DNA from: a bacterium
Lineage (GTDB): Bacteria; Patescibacteriota; Dojkabacteria; SC72; WJKH01
Direction of reading: 5' to 3'
Assembly: GCA_029547225.1 (NCBI GenBank)
Contig: JAKPPS010000042.1
Span: 4,459-68,458, forward strand
Length of the DNA: 64,000 bases
Shown here: positions 51,380 to 61,546 of the stretch, one piece after another
Numbering within the stretch: position 1 is the first letter of the stretch
How the letters are laid out: every line of letters starts with the position of its first letter
Made by a program: the position numbers and the translations under genes
Notes under the pieces: generated by a model
Seen by the model: the letters and a program-made list of their open reading frames with translations, nothing else
Databases searched by the model: none
Told to the model about the DNA's origin: nothing

Positions 51380-52711
51380 CTATTTAACTTTCAAAATTTC
51401 TTGCCATCTTGTAGTATAGCGATTTGATAGTAACTGTTTCTTGTTGTCCCACCTGTGTTTGTTTTCTCCTTCTACAGCGAGTTTGACAATACGAAACCCA
51501 GATTTTTCATTATATCGATCAATCATAGAGACTAGCTTCTCCTCTTTCTGCTCATCAAGATCAAGTTTCCGTAATGTGTTTTCATCTTCGAAAAGATTAA
51601 TCTGGCGGATACAATTAGGAACAAGATTTGTAACCACGACTCCGGATTTTTTGTAATAATAGCCTTTCTCATAAATAGTGTTTAATGCTTTAAGCGCTTC
51701 TTTTGTCATTAATGAAGTACTGTTGGTTGGTATATCAAAATGGATAACTGCGTGATTATGATATTTCGGTCGGGTTCCAAAATTATTTGTCCTGATAAAA
51801 ATAATTAATATATTTGCCTTCGATTTCTGTTTTCTAAGTTGATATGCAACTTGAGCTACATGTCCAGATATTGACTTCTGTAGTTGCTCCAATGTTGTAA
51901 CATCTTCTCCAAAGGATCGAGTTGATGCTATCGATTTCTTTGGCTCTGGGTTATCAGCTAATTTTATACTTGGGATCTCATTTAATTCCAACCATGTCCT
52001 TTCTCCCATAATCGTAAATTGCTTTTTGACAGATTTGCGATCCATCATAGCGAAATCATAAGCAGTTCTAACACCTTGGAGTTGCAATTTAGGCGTATTA
52101 GCTCTCCCAATACCCCATATGTCTCCAACTTCACTATTAATTAGTATATTCTTCTTGGAATCAAAATCTTGGTCATACCAGTTGCATACTCCGTGGAGAT
52201 CAATATTTTTTTTGGCTACTTTTGTACAGATTTTCGCTAATGTCTTTGTCGGTGCTATACCAATACTTACAGGTATCCCAGTGCTCGTTTTTATAGTTCT
52301 GACAAGGTCGCGTGAAAATTCAGATTTATCGCTTTGATAGATATCGGTCAAATCAATAAAGCATTCATCTATCGAATAGATCTCATAATTTTGGACTTTG
52401 TTTTTAATTATGCTCATCACTCTATGTGAGAGATCACCATAAAGTTCAAAATTTGAGGAGAATATTGCGATATTATGCTCTTTGACTAAATCCTTAATTT
52501 TAAAAAGTGGTGTACCCATTTTTATCCCCAATGCCTTTACTTCATTTGAACGAGCAACTACGCAACCATCATTGTTTGATAATACTATTGTTGGTTTATT
52601 GCGTAATTCTGGCCTAAAGACCCTCTCGCAAGAAACAAAGAAATTGTTACAATCTATGACTGCGATGTATTTATTCGGTTTTGTTATGCCTTCTATTTTT
52701 TGTGGGTACAT
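51380..52711 (-). CDS. umuC: Y-family DNA polymerase V catalytic subunit
   Basis: [41 protein letters not shown] (DUF4113 tail). Confidence 0.95.
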   Translation of the reverse strand: MYPQKIEGITKPNKYIAVIDCNNFFVSCERVFRPELRNKPTIVLSNNDGCVVARSNEVKALGIKMGTPLFKIKDLVKEHNIAIFSSNFELYGDLSHRVMSIIKNKVQNYEIYSIDECFIDLTDIYQSDKSEFSRDLVRTIKTSTGIPVSIGIAPTKTLAKICTKVAKKNIDLHGVCNWYDQDFDSKKNILINSEVGDIWGIGRANTPKLQLQGVRTAYDFAMMDRKSVKKQFTIMGERTWLELNEIPSIKLADNPEPKKSIASTRSFGEDVTTLEQLQKSISGHVAQVAYQLRKQKSKANILIIFIRTNNFGTRPKYHNHAVIHFDIPTNSTSLMTKEALKALNTIYEKGYYYKKSGVVVTNLVPNCIRQINLFEDENTLRKLDLDEQKEEKLVSMIDRYNEKSGFRIVKLAVEGENKHRWDNKKQLLSNRYTTRWQEILKVK

Positions 52712-52785
52712 TTTTTTATACGTTATCTTTTAATAGTATTGAGTATATTTATATCGTGTTAGTGATTATATTACAAAGTATTGAT

Positions 52786-52837
52786 TGGGTAGTCATGGAT
52801 AAATATTAAAGGAACGCAAGTTGGTTGGTGGCATACC
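52786..52837 (+). repeat. Dispersed 52-bp intergenic motif, type A (between umuD and umuC)
   Basis: TGGGTAGTCATGG-N12-GGAACGCAA-N6-TGGTGGCATACC. Confidence 0.8.
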
Positions 52838-52845
52838 ATAAACGA

Positions 52846-53262
52846 TTATTTTGGTTTATGTATGACATAAGTTACAACTCCCCAGACTTCAAAATCTGTA
52901 CCTTCGCGGATTTCGATTATTTCGTAATCGGTATTCTCTGGTTGTAAATATATTCTTTTATCACTTTTGCGTAATCGCTTTACGGTAAATTCTCCATCGA
53001 CTATCGCTAAAATTATACTTTTGTCGCAAGCTTCTTTAGATCTATCAATCACGATTATATCATCAGGAAATATGCCTGCACCTCGCATGGAATCGCCAGT
53101 TACTTTTACATAAAATGTCGAATTGGGGTGTTCGATAATGTATTCGTTGAGATCTAGCTTCTTTTCGATTTCTTCGTCAGCCGGACTTGGAAATCCTGCC
53201 TTAACCTTCGTGGCATACAACGGTAATTTTATATTTTTTTGTTTCTTATTTTCTTTTGTCAT
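52846..53262 (-). CDS. umuD: DNA polymerase V accessory subunit (S24 peptidase)
   Basis: AGFPSPA cleavage site, GDSM, FTVKRL; adjacent to umuC. Confidence 0.93.
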   Translation of the reverse strand: MTKENKKQKNIKLPLYATKVKAGFPSPADEEIEKKLDLNEYIIEHPNSTFYVKVTGDSMRGAGIFPDDIIVIDRSKEACDKSIILAIVDGEFTVKRLRKSDKRIYLQPENTDYEIIEIREGTDFEVWGVVTYVIHKPK

Positions 53263-53265
53263 GGT

Positions 53266-53877
53266 TTATTTCTTTGCTTTTTGTCTTGCGGCAGAAATGC
53301 TCATGCCTCCAAACAGCGAAAACAATTCAGCTTCTTCCCCTGGTATAGATAATCCAATTTTAAACATCATATGATGTTTTACATCATTAATTATTATGGG
53401 TAGATGACTGGGATATGCTATAAATAATCTGTAATTTTTGTCTCCGACATAATAAAAACCTTTTACATTTGTAAATGTTCTTAATGAATTCACTTTTCGA
53501 ACATCTGTAACTATCGCACTACAACTTTGGTAGAATAAAGAATTTGAATTTACTTGTGCTTTTCTTGCCAAACCTTTTGTAGTAGCATTTAGATTAATTG
53601 TTGAAGCGAGTAAAAAATGATTTTTTTTCCCATCTGTACTAATAGCATGGGTCAATTCTAAATCCTGTAAATCTCCAATTTTTATCCAAGGAAGGAAACC
53701 AGATAATAGTCCAAATTGAGGTGTTTTAGGTTCAAATAGGGAAGCTACAGTAATTCGTTGTTTATCAGGTTCAGAAAATAATGCATGAGCAACTGATTGG
53801 GTCTCTGTTGCCGTTTTAACTGTTCGATCAGGATAAGAAATGCTTTTGGGTACGAAAACTTCTCCTTGAGGTGGCAT
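53266..53877 (-). CDS. Hypothetical protein
   Basis: Long ORF tightly packed between neighbours; ATG 53877 lies 2 bp after the upstream stop. Confidence 0.55.
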   Translation of the reverse strand: MPPQGEVFVPKSISYPDRTVKTATETQSVAHALFSEPDKQRITVASLFEPKTPQFGLLSGFLPWIKIGDLQDLELTHAISTDGKKNHFLLASTINLNATTKGLARKAQVNSNSLFYQSCSAIVTDVRKVNSLRTFTNVKGFYYVGDKNYRLFIAYPSHLPIIINDVKHHMMFKIGLSIPGEEAELFSLFGGMSISAARQKAKK

Positions 53878-53878
53878 A

Positions 53879-54772
53879 TTAAGATTTAATCTTAAATAAA
53901 GTAGGGAAGTGAGGTAATACGGCTGCAAAAGTAATTAAAATACAACCAATTAAAGTGGTAAATGTAATAACCTCACTATAAATCAAATAACCCGCGATAA
54001 CAGCAACAACACTTTCAGTTGTACAAATTATCCCGGCTATCGATACATTTATTTTATAACTAAATCCTTTGATATACAACATATTTGCTACTAAAGCAGA
54101 AATAGCAAATAATACAATCCACATCCAAGAACTATTGAACTCAAATGCGGGTATATTTTCTTTGAAAATCAAAGACAGGATAAAACTGAGTGGTGAAGTA
54201 ATTAAGCATACTAACATATAGATCTGTACGGAGTCATAACTTCCTGAGATTTTCTTTGCTATAACGGCGTAAAGTGAAATGAATATACCAAAGCCGATAC
54301 TGAATAAAGCTCCTATTACATTAAAATTCCCTAGGCTTCCAAGTGAAGTTAATAAAATTCCTGCGATAGAAAGAAATATCGCGAATATGCCTAACCTGCC
54401 TATCTTCTCTTTGAAAAAAATAATACCGAATACTACCGATCCGATTATAGTTAGGGAATAACTAAGAAAAGATGCTATACCAACAGGTAAAAGTGAATAA
54501 GCATTATATAATGAAAAATTCCCCATAGTCGATATGATTCCCATCACAATCAACCATTTAATATCGCTTCTTTGGATTTTCTTCCATTTAACAATCCCAA
54601 TTAGTATAAGTACTAGGCTAAATAATACAGTTAAACCCTCTCTGATAAATGAAGTAGTAAATGATTGAAAATATCCATTAATTAATCTCGTGAATATTCC
54701 GTAAATCCCATAGATAATTGTCGAAAAAAATACCAATAAGTATCCTTGAAATTCTGTTTTATTTGATGCCAT
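53879..54772 (-). CDS. DMT/EamA family transporter
   Basis: About ten TM segments in two repeats; FFKEKI, GCILI. Confidence 0.9.
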   Translation of the reverse strand: MASNKTEFQGYLLVFFSTIIYGIYGIFTRLINGYFQSFTTSFIREGLTVLFSLVLILIGIVKWKKIQRSDIKWLIVMGIISTMGNFSLYNAYSLLPVGIASFLSYSLTIIGSVVFGIIFFKEKIGRLGIFAIFLSIAGILLTSLGSLGNFNVIGALFSIGFGIFISLYAVIAKKISGSYDSVQIYMLVCLITSPLSFILSLIFKENIPAFEFNSSWMWIVLFAISALVANMLYIKGFSYKINVSIAGIICTTESVVAVIAGYLIYSEVITFTTLIGCILITFAAVLPHFPTLFKIKS

Positions 54773-54855
54773 TATTTTAGCTTCTAAAATTATTTTGAGA
54801 ATATATAACTAAAAAGGCAGATATAAATGAAAATACAAAGATTGAATAAAAAAAA

Positions 54856-54927
54856 CTCCGCGACCAGGATTCGAACCTGGAACCAACCGGTTAACAGCCG
54901 GTCGCTCTACCATTGAGCTATCGCGGA
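54856..54927 (-). tRNA. tRNA-Asn(GTT), CCA not encoded
   Basis: TCCGCGATAGCTCAATGGTAGAGCGACCGGCTGTTAACCGGTTGGTTCCAGGTTCGAATCCTGGTCGCGGAG folds as a cloverleaf. Confidence 0.97.
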
Positions 54928-55057
54928 TTACAGCGCGTGTCTTGTGTAAAGAACTTTCATATTATACTTGCGTAATCAAAAAAATGCAACCGATAGAAAC
55001 AAAATAGTAGCAATAATTCACCTTCAATAAGGCACCGAATTCAAGTTATAAATTAAT

Positions 55058-56059
55058 CTAGAATTCAAACTTTTTAAAAATACCGTACAAGATATATCCA
55101 AGTTTGTAAGAATCGTGTCTAATCAGGCTTCGTTTTAATTTATCACCTTTAACTTTTTGTATTGGATCTCTAGCGATAATATCACCAGTTAATACAAGAT
55201 AATCTTTGTCATCAGCTATGTCGTTCTGGATAGGATAAGCATATTCTTTTTCGTATCGCTTTAAAATATCTTTTGGTAAAATCCCATCGTGACATATTAC
55301 AATATCTGGCTTTCTTTTAGCATATTTTGTTACTTCCTTAACAAAATCGCTCATTTTCATCCAGTGAGTTTCTCCCATTTTAGTCATAATATTAGTAATA
55401 AGAATGATTTGGGCTTTCGTTTTTGACAATGCCTGCGGGATACCATCTACGATTACATTTGCAAGCGTAGTTGTGTAAAGGTCTCCAGGTCCAATAATAA
55501 TATAATCAGCTTCAAGTATTGCATTTACTGCATCTTTATTAGCTTTAGCTTTAGGATGTAGGAACAATTTTGTAATTTTCGATTTGTCGTTACTTTCATT
55601 TTCACCAATTAAATGTTCTCCTATTATTTTTTTCCCATTATCGTATTGAGCACCTAATTTTACTTTATCAGTTGTAACTGGGATGACTCGATTTTCAATA
55701 TCAAATAATTTAAGAGTTGCGTTTATTGCAGAAACTTCTGAGCCCGTAATGTCAGAAAGTGCCATCATAATAATATTTCCAAGTGTGTGGCCTGAAAAGC
55801 CTTGCCCTTTGTAAAAACGATACATAAATAATTCTCGTAGAATATCGTCTTTATCATCATCGGCAAGACCGATAATTGATTTTCGAATATCGCTTAGTGG
55901 CAATAATCCGAACTCGTCTCGCACAGTTTCATTACTTCCACCATCGTCTGTCATTGCGACAATAGCAGAAATAGATATATCAGGATAGATTTTGATACCA
56001 TTTAAAACTGCGTGTGAACCAGAACCACCTCCTATAACAGCCACTTTAATTTTTTCCAT
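55058..56059 (-). CDS. yvcK: YvcK/CofD-like (UPF0052) protein
   Basis: VIGGGSG, MTDDGGS, GHTLGN, IGPGDLYT, IRHD. Confidence 0.9.
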   Translation of the reverse strand: MEKIKVAVIGGGSGSHAVLNGIKIYPDISISAIVAMTDDGGSNETVRDEFGLLPLSDIRKSIIGLADDDKDDILRELFMYRFYKGQGFSGHTLGNIIMMALSDITGSEVSAINATLKLFDIENRVIPVTTDKVKLGAQYDNGKKIIGEHLIGENESNDKSKITKLFLHPKAKANKDAVNAILEADYIIIGPGDLYTTTLANVIVDGIPQALSKTKAQIILITNIMTKMGETHWMKMSDFVKEVTKYAKRKPDIVICHDGILPKDILKRYEKEYAYPIQNDIADDKDYLVLTGDIIARDPIQKVKGDKLKRSLIRHDSYKLGYILYGIFKKFEF

Positions 56060-56108
56060 TTTTTGTGTAAAATCAAATTACTTAAAATATTATACAACAT
56101 TTCATAAT

Positions 56109-56717
56109 ATGCATAGCAAGAAAATATATCTGTCATCTTTATATCTTTTTTTGAGTGTAATTCCAATTCTCGGTTTAACGGTAATATCATTTTTTAGCTT
56201 TAGTAGCAAAGGATATGTCAATGCTCAAGAAGTTCAAACTGACATTGTTAATCAAGATGTAATTGAAGAACCAGAAGTTCAGGTAATATCAGCACCTTTA
56301 GATAAAACGATTATATATACACAAACAGGATGTCCTCACTGTGAAAAAGTCGAAGAGTTTGTAAAACTCAACAATCTTACTGAAAATGTATTAATCAAGG
56401 ATATCGCAAAAGATAAGACAGCTTATGAAGAATTTACGAAGATTTATGATAACAATAGTATTGCTGAAACGGATAGATATATCCCGATGACAGTCATATC
56501 GTATAATGACCCTGAAAAAACTAATGAGATTGTAAATGGTGATACTCCGATTATTGATTTATTAATCTCTCGATATAGCGTAACAGATCCAATATATGAA
56601 GAGGCATCAACATTTAGCATTGATACAAATATATTAATAGTCTTTGGCTCTGTCGTTGCAATAATATTTATTATTTACGGTATTTACTTTTTGGTAAGTC
56701 GTAAAAACAGCAAGTAA
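56109..56717 (+). CDS. Membrane-anchored glutaredoxin/thioredoxin-fold protein
   Basis: Signal/TM, YTQTGCPHCEKV, IP, GDTPI, C-terminal TM. Confidence 0.75.
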   Translation: MHSKKIYLSSLYLFLSVIPILGLTVISFFSFSSKGYVNAQEVQTDIVNQDVIEEPEVQVISAPLDKTIIYTQTGCPHCEKVEEFVKLNNLTENVLIKDIAKDKTAYEEFTKIYDNNSIAETDRYIPMTVISYNDPEKTNEIVNGDTPIIDLLISRYSVTDPIYEEASTFSIDTNILIVFGSVVAIIFIIYGIYFLVSRKNSK

Positions 56718-56825
56718 GAAGCTTCTTTCGTCAAATATATCAGAATATTCGAGAAGCATTACTTTTTGAGAGTACACATTAGAGTACGAGAGTTCGAGAA
56801 TTAATAAATTTTAACTGGAAAAAGT

Positions 56826-57680
56826 ATGTCTAATCGATATGCAAATTATGCAGGTAAATTTTATCCCTCAGATCAAAATGAGCTTCGACTTAACATAGAG
56901 AAATATCTTACTCCAGAAAGTAATCAAATTTATGCTAATACTCCGGATGGACAGTTAATTACATTACCTACGAAAGATATAAGGCCAAAGGCAATAATTG
57001 TTCCGCATGCAGGATATATTTATTCAGGTGGAGTAGCAGGATGCGCATATTCATATTTAAAAAATAACCTTTATGATGAAGTATTTATTTTAGGCGTTTC
57101 ACACAGTTCAAGAGTAGGCAATTTAGTTATTTCCGATTATCAAGGTTGGGATACACCCTTGGGGACGATGGAACAATCACCGAGAACAGTGGATCTTGCT
57201 AAAGATAATCCCGATATCTTTTCAATTAATAATACGATACATGATAATGAACACGCCCTTGAGGTGCAATTACCTTTTATCCAAACAGTCTTGAGTGAAA
57301 ATACTAAAATATTGCCAATATTAGTTGGAGCTAATAGCCCGCGGATCCTTGCTAATGAATTAATCCCGTTAATCGGTGAAAATGATCTGCTTGTCGTAAG
57401 TACAGATTTGTCACACTATTATCCAAATGAAGTTGCTTTAAAGAAAGATCAAAGTACGATAAAAGCTATACTCAATAATCAAACTGATGATATCGAAGAA
57501 GCTAGTAAGGTTAATTATCAAGGAGATATTGAAGCCTGCGGTCTGTATGCGGTTAACATTTTGGTCCAGATAGCTTTACAAAAGAACTGGGATTCGAGAT
57601 TAATTGGTTATGCGAATTCTGGTACCATATCAGGAGATATGGAAAGAGTAGTGGGGTACGGAAGTATTCTGTATTTCTAA
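56826..57680 (+). CDS. amrB: AmmeMemoRadiSam system protein B (MEMO1)
   Basis: AGKFYP, PHAGYIYSG, EHALEVQLPF, STDLSHY, VVGY. Confidence 0.93.
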   Translation: MSNRYANYAGKFYPSDQNELRLNIEKYLTPESNQIYANTPDGQLITLPTKDIRPKAIIVPHAGYIYSGGVAGCAYSYLKNNLYDEVFILGVSHSSRVGNLVISDYQGWDTPLGTMEQSPRTVDLAKDNPDIFSINNTIHDNEHALEVQLPFIQTVLSENTKILPILVGANSPRILANELIPLIGENDLLVVSTDLSHYYPNEVALKKDQSTIKAILNNQTDDIEEASKVNYQGDIEACGLYAVNILVQIALQKNWDSRLIGYANSGTISGDMERVVGYGSILYF

Positions 57681-57706
57681 AAAATCATTCTCAATATTTT
57701 TTTTTA

Positions 57707-57758
57707 GGTATGCCACCGAACATATTGCGTTCCAATTATATTTCTCCATGACTACCCA
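57707..57758 (-). repeat. Dispersed 52-bp intergenic motif, type A
   Basis: TGGGTAGTCATGG-N12-GGAACGCAA-N6-CGGTGGCATACC. Confidence 0.8.
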
Positions 57759-57858
57759 TGCACTTTTTGATTTATTTACTTTGGCACGAAAGTTATAATG
57801 AAATTGCGAAATATTCATTTTGGAATGTGAATGGGGTAATTTTTACAGAATATCGCAA

Positions 57859-57907
57859 GGATTGTAATGGTGACGCAAAGTCGTAAAAATCAGCGCGTGG
57901 TTATATA
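57859..57907 (+). repeat. Dispersed 49-bp intergenic motif, type B
   Basis: GGATTGTAATGGTGACG-N18-CGC-G-TGGTTATATA. Confidence 0.75.
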
Positions 57908-58028
57908 TAAATTTTAGAGCTGATGGCTTTAATTATGCTTTTGATATAATCTTTTAGAAGTTATTTATCTATCTGGCTTGCTTTTAGTTGAATACCAATT
58001 TAAGGTAAAAAATGGTATAATTAAGTAT

Positions 58029-58580
58029 ATGGATAATATACCAGAAAAGGTTGTAGGACTTGCTTGGAGAGCGATAAGGCATTATTTAGAGCATGGTGAT
58101 AAATATATCCCTGATGCCAAAGAGTATACTGAAGAGCTATTTTTAAAAGAGAATGGTGTTTTTGTAACCTTAAAGAAATTTAATAAATTGCGTGGCTGTA
58201 TAGGAAATATTGAGGGAAATGATAAGGTTTACTTATCAATAGTGGACAATGCTGTTGCTGCAGCTTTTTTTGATCCAAGATTTCCTCCAGTATTGGCTGA
58301 AGAATTAAGTGAAATTGAACTAGAAGTATCTATCCTTACAAAACCTAGAAGATTCAATTATGAAAACATTGACGAATTAATAGCATTTTTAGAGAAAGAT
58401 AAACCAGGTGTAATCGTCGAACATGACGGCTTAACTGCAACATACCTTCCTTCTGTATGGGAAGAACTACCAAAAGTAGCTGATTTCCTAACTAGTCTTT
58501 GCCTCAAGGCTGGCTTGCCACAAGATATTTGGCAAACTGAGAAAATTACGATAAGAACTTATAAAGCAATAATCTACTAA
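58029..58580 (+). CDS. amrA: AmmeMemoRadiSam system protein A (AMMECR1)
   Basis: GVFVTL, LRGCIG, DPRF, EVSILT, TYLPSVW, LCLKAG. Confidence 0.93.
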   Translation: MDNIPEKVVGLAWRAIRHYLEHGDKYIPDAKEYTEELFLKENGVFVTLKKFNKLRGCIGNIEGNDKVYLSIVDNAVAAAFFDPRFPPVLAEELSEIELEVSILTKPRRFNYENIDELIAFLEKDKPGVIVEHDGLTATYLPSVWEELPKVADFLTSLCLKAGLPQDIWQTEKITIRTYKAIIY

Positions 58581-58619
58581 TTAATTAGCTTAGTGTTATT
58601 TTTAGTTCTATTTCGGGAT

Positions 58620-59798
58620 ATGAAAGAATCAATATTATATTCAAAAGCTATTAATGGAAATGTAATTTGTAATACATGCTCACATTATTGCAATATTCCT
58701 GAAGGCTCTGTCGGTAAATGCGGTCTCCGAATTAACATAGACGGAAAGTTAAACGTATTAAATAGTGGAAAGATAATACATATAGCTGTAGATCCTATCG
58801 AGAAGAAACCACTATTTCATTTTTTCCCTGGCTCAAAAATATTATCAATTTCCGGATTAGGCTGTAATTTTAGATGTCCCTATTGTATTAACTGGGATAC
58901 TGCACAATTTCCAAGTATTTATGTGAAAGAACATAATCGAGAAGAGACAAATGCTCTTATTGAAGATTCTGGATATGATCTTAAACCTGATGAAGTTATA
59001 GAACAATGTAAATCACTTGGTTTAGAAAGTATTGCTTATACATACAACGAACCGACAATAATGCTTGATACATACTTGCCAATCATGAAACTAGCCAGAA
59101 AGAATAATATAAAAAATGTTTGGGTTTCGAATGGATATTTCTCCTTACAGTCATTTAATATATTTTCTCCTTATCTTGATGCAATAAATATTGATCTAAA
59201 ATCGTACAGTGAGAAATTCTATAAGCGACATTGCGAGGGAAATTTAGAGGTAGTGAAAAATAACATCCGACTTTGCTATGAAAACAATATTTGGGTTGAA
59301 GTAACTACTTTACTAATACCCGGTGAGAACGATACTGAACTTGAAATTAAGAAAATAGCTTCATTTGTTAACAACATTTCTTCAAATATTCCGTTACACT
59401 TTACAGCTTTTACTCCTGAATATCGTATGCTTGATAAGTCTATCACTCCAAGTAAAAAACTTAGGAAAGCTCAAGAGATTGCACAAGAGATAGGTCTTAA
59501 GTTTATTTACACAGGTAATGATAGTGAACCTTCTAATACATATTGTCCTGATTGTCACTTACTGATAATTGAACGAAAATACCTTGTTGGAAAAGTTATC
59601 TATGAAAATACTCTTTTAGATAGCAGAAAAGAGTATTCGTATGAAAAGTCTGGTATTGATAAGAGCGTTATTTTGAGAGGGAAAAAAGCGAAGAATATCG
59701 GCAAGAAAATATTACGCGATTCTCAGAAAGCTACTACTGATACTCAGAATCATTTGTTATGCAAAAAGTGCGGATTTGATATCGCTGGTAGATTTTGA
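58620..59798 (+). CDS. amrS: AmmeMemoRadiSam radical SAM enzyme
   Basis: DPIEKKPLFHF, GCNFRCPYCIN, AYTYNEP, NIDLK, VEVTTLLIPG. Confidence 0.93.
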   Translation: MKESILYSKAINGNVICNTCSHYCNIPEGSVGKCGLRINIDGKLNVLNSGKIIHIAVDPIEKKPLFHFFPGSKILSISGLGCNFRCPYCINWDTAQFPSIYVKEHNREETNALIEDSGYDLKPDEVIEQCKSLGLESIAYTYNEPTIMLDTYLPIMKLARKNNIKNVWVSNGYFSLQSFNIFSPYLDAINIDLKSYSEKFYKRHCEGNLEVVKNNIRLCYENNIWVEVTTLLIPGENDTELEIKKIASFVNNISSNIPLHFTAFTPEYRMLDKSITPSKKLRKAQEIAQEIGLKFIYTGNDSEPSNTYCPDCHLLIIERKYLVGKVIYENTLLDSRKEYSYEKSGIDKSVILRGKKAKNIGKKILRDSQKATTDTQNHLLCKKCGFDIAGRF

Positions 59799-59873
59799 TA
59801 AGATATAAATGAGGTCAGATAAAAACTTTCATACTATCTCGATTTCATTATGTAAATTTTTTTATTATCCTGT

Positions 59874-60467
59874 ATGCAAATTGAAGAAATAAAGTTCACA
59901 TTTAATGGTATGGAACCAAGTGATGCCATCAAAAAATATTTTATAGAAAAAATGACGAAATTTGAAACGTTTTTGAGGAAAGTAAATTCATGTGATGTGA
60001 ATTTTATTGATTACAGTTCCAATCGCGGTACTCAGACAGACTTTAAAATCGATATCAATGTGAAAGTACCAAATAGCTTTGTGCATGTTGATGAAACAGG
60101 TGATAACATGTATGCAATAATCGATACAGCTACAGATATTTTAGGCAGAAGGATTAAAAGATATTTTGACAAATTGAATCAGTGGGAGGGAACAAATCCT
60201 TGGACAGTCAGCGATGATCCGATAACAGCTGAAGAAATTGCAGAAAGCTCAGAAGTAGATAATTATTCAGATTATGTTCCGAAAATTGCAAAGCGCTCAA
60301 AAATGCAAGAAATGCGTCCTCTCGAAGAGGCTGAAGCAATTGAATTAATGGAGTTATCTGGTAAGAATCAATTACTCTTTAAGAGTTCCAAGACTTCGAA
60401 GATATCCATGATTTACAAGATGTCAAATGGTCTTTATGGACTTGTCGAGCCAGATGATGAAATTTAG
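59874..60467 (+). CDS. hpf: Ribosome hibernation factor, long HPF/RaiA
   Basis: SDAIKKY..EK, NMYAIID, C-terminal EAIELMEL...YGLVEP. Confidence 0.85.
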   Translation: MQIEEIKFTFNGMEPSDAIKKYFIEKMTKFETFLRKVNSCDVNFIDYSSNRGTQTDFKIDINVKVPNSFVHVDETGDNMYAIIDTATDILGRRIKRYFDKLNQWEGTNPWTVSDDPITAEEIAESSEVDNYSDYVPKIAKRSKMQEMRPLEEAEAIELMELSGKNQLLFKSSKTSKISMIYKMSNGLYGLVEPDDEI

Positions 60468-60756
60468 CCTTTTCGAAATATAGTCTTATCAGGGAGCGCT
60501 ATTTGATAGATATTGCCATTTGCTATTAGATGTGTGATTTGATGGCGTGTTTTTGGGGCTATACTGATTAAGCAGAGATATTGTTGAAAATCATGATCTG
60601 GACGATCAGAAATAGTTACTAAATACTACTCAAGTATTATTCAATAATAAAGCTAATTAATAATAATACTAGGCTTGTACAAGCTGATATTAAGTAGTTG
60701 ACAGCTCTGACTTAATACAATTTCAACAAAGAGTAATATAATTGGAGTTTATATCT

Positions 60757-61494
60757 CTAAATTGTAGTTTCTTCGACAATATCCTTCTTAAGATTATTAA
60801 TAATATTCTTGATTGATCCAAATAAGCTATATTCGGGCTTAGATGTAAGGTTATTCTGAATACGATATTGATTCTGCATCTCCTGTAACCATTGAGCTTC
60901 ATTTGCGGTATATTCTGTTGCTATATAAGCATCTCTTATTTCTTGTGATTTCTCTTCGTATGTCGCGGTTGTACCTTCACCGTAGAAGGCAACTTTGTTT
61001 TCCTCAAAGAAAGCTTTTAAAACGTCTTCTGTGGGATTAATTGATTGCTCATAAAGTTTCATAGTAATTTTTTGTAACTTTATATCTTCTCGTAATTGAT
61101 CTAAGTTTGTATTGTAAAGTTCAAGACTTGCTTCTAGGTTCTCTTGACCGCCTAATTGTTCAGCATACTGTGTAATGATATCATCGACTTCTTGATCTGA
61201 AATTGTAATATTCTGCTTTGCGGCCTCCTGTTGTACGATTTCCTGAGTAATTAACGAATTGACGATAACTGGTCCGTATGAAAGATCAGTAGCTTTATAA
61301 TACTCTTTGCGGGGAATCATAGTACCATTTACGACAGCTATACTGCGATCATTGTTTAAGTATTGAAAAAATAAATCAACTCCGGCGAATATTCCTGTGA
61401 AAAGAATAAGCCAACCAATAAAAAAAATGATGTTTTTAAATGTTTTTGATTTTGTAACATTTGTAACTTTTGCTAATAAATCTCCGATTTTCAT
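60757..61494 (-). CDS. SurA N-terminal domain / PrsA-like chaperone
   Basis: TM then IAVVNG, LITQEIVQQEAAKQNITISDQEVD; no PPIase domain seen. Confidence 0.75.
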   Translation of the reverse strand: MKIGDLLAKVTNVTKSKTFKNIIFFIGWLILFTGIFAGVDLFFQYLNNDRSIAVVNGTMIPRKEYYKATDLSYGPVIVNSLITQEIVQQEAAKQNITISDQEVDDIITQYAEQLGGQENLEASLELYNTNLDQLREDIKLQKITMKLYEQSINPTEDVLKAFFEENKVAFYGEGTTATYEEKSQEIRDAYIATEYTANEAQWLQEMQNQYRIQNNLTSKPEYSLFGSIKNIINNLKKDIVEETTI

Positions 61495-61546
61495 AAATTT
61501 TCCTACTTAAATAAATTGGGCATGTAGCTCTGATAATATCAGAAAA

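Noticed and set aside
54856..54927. tRNA-Asn as integration site of the neighbouring umuDC region
   Set aside because: No duplicated tRNA 3' end or integrase found in the window
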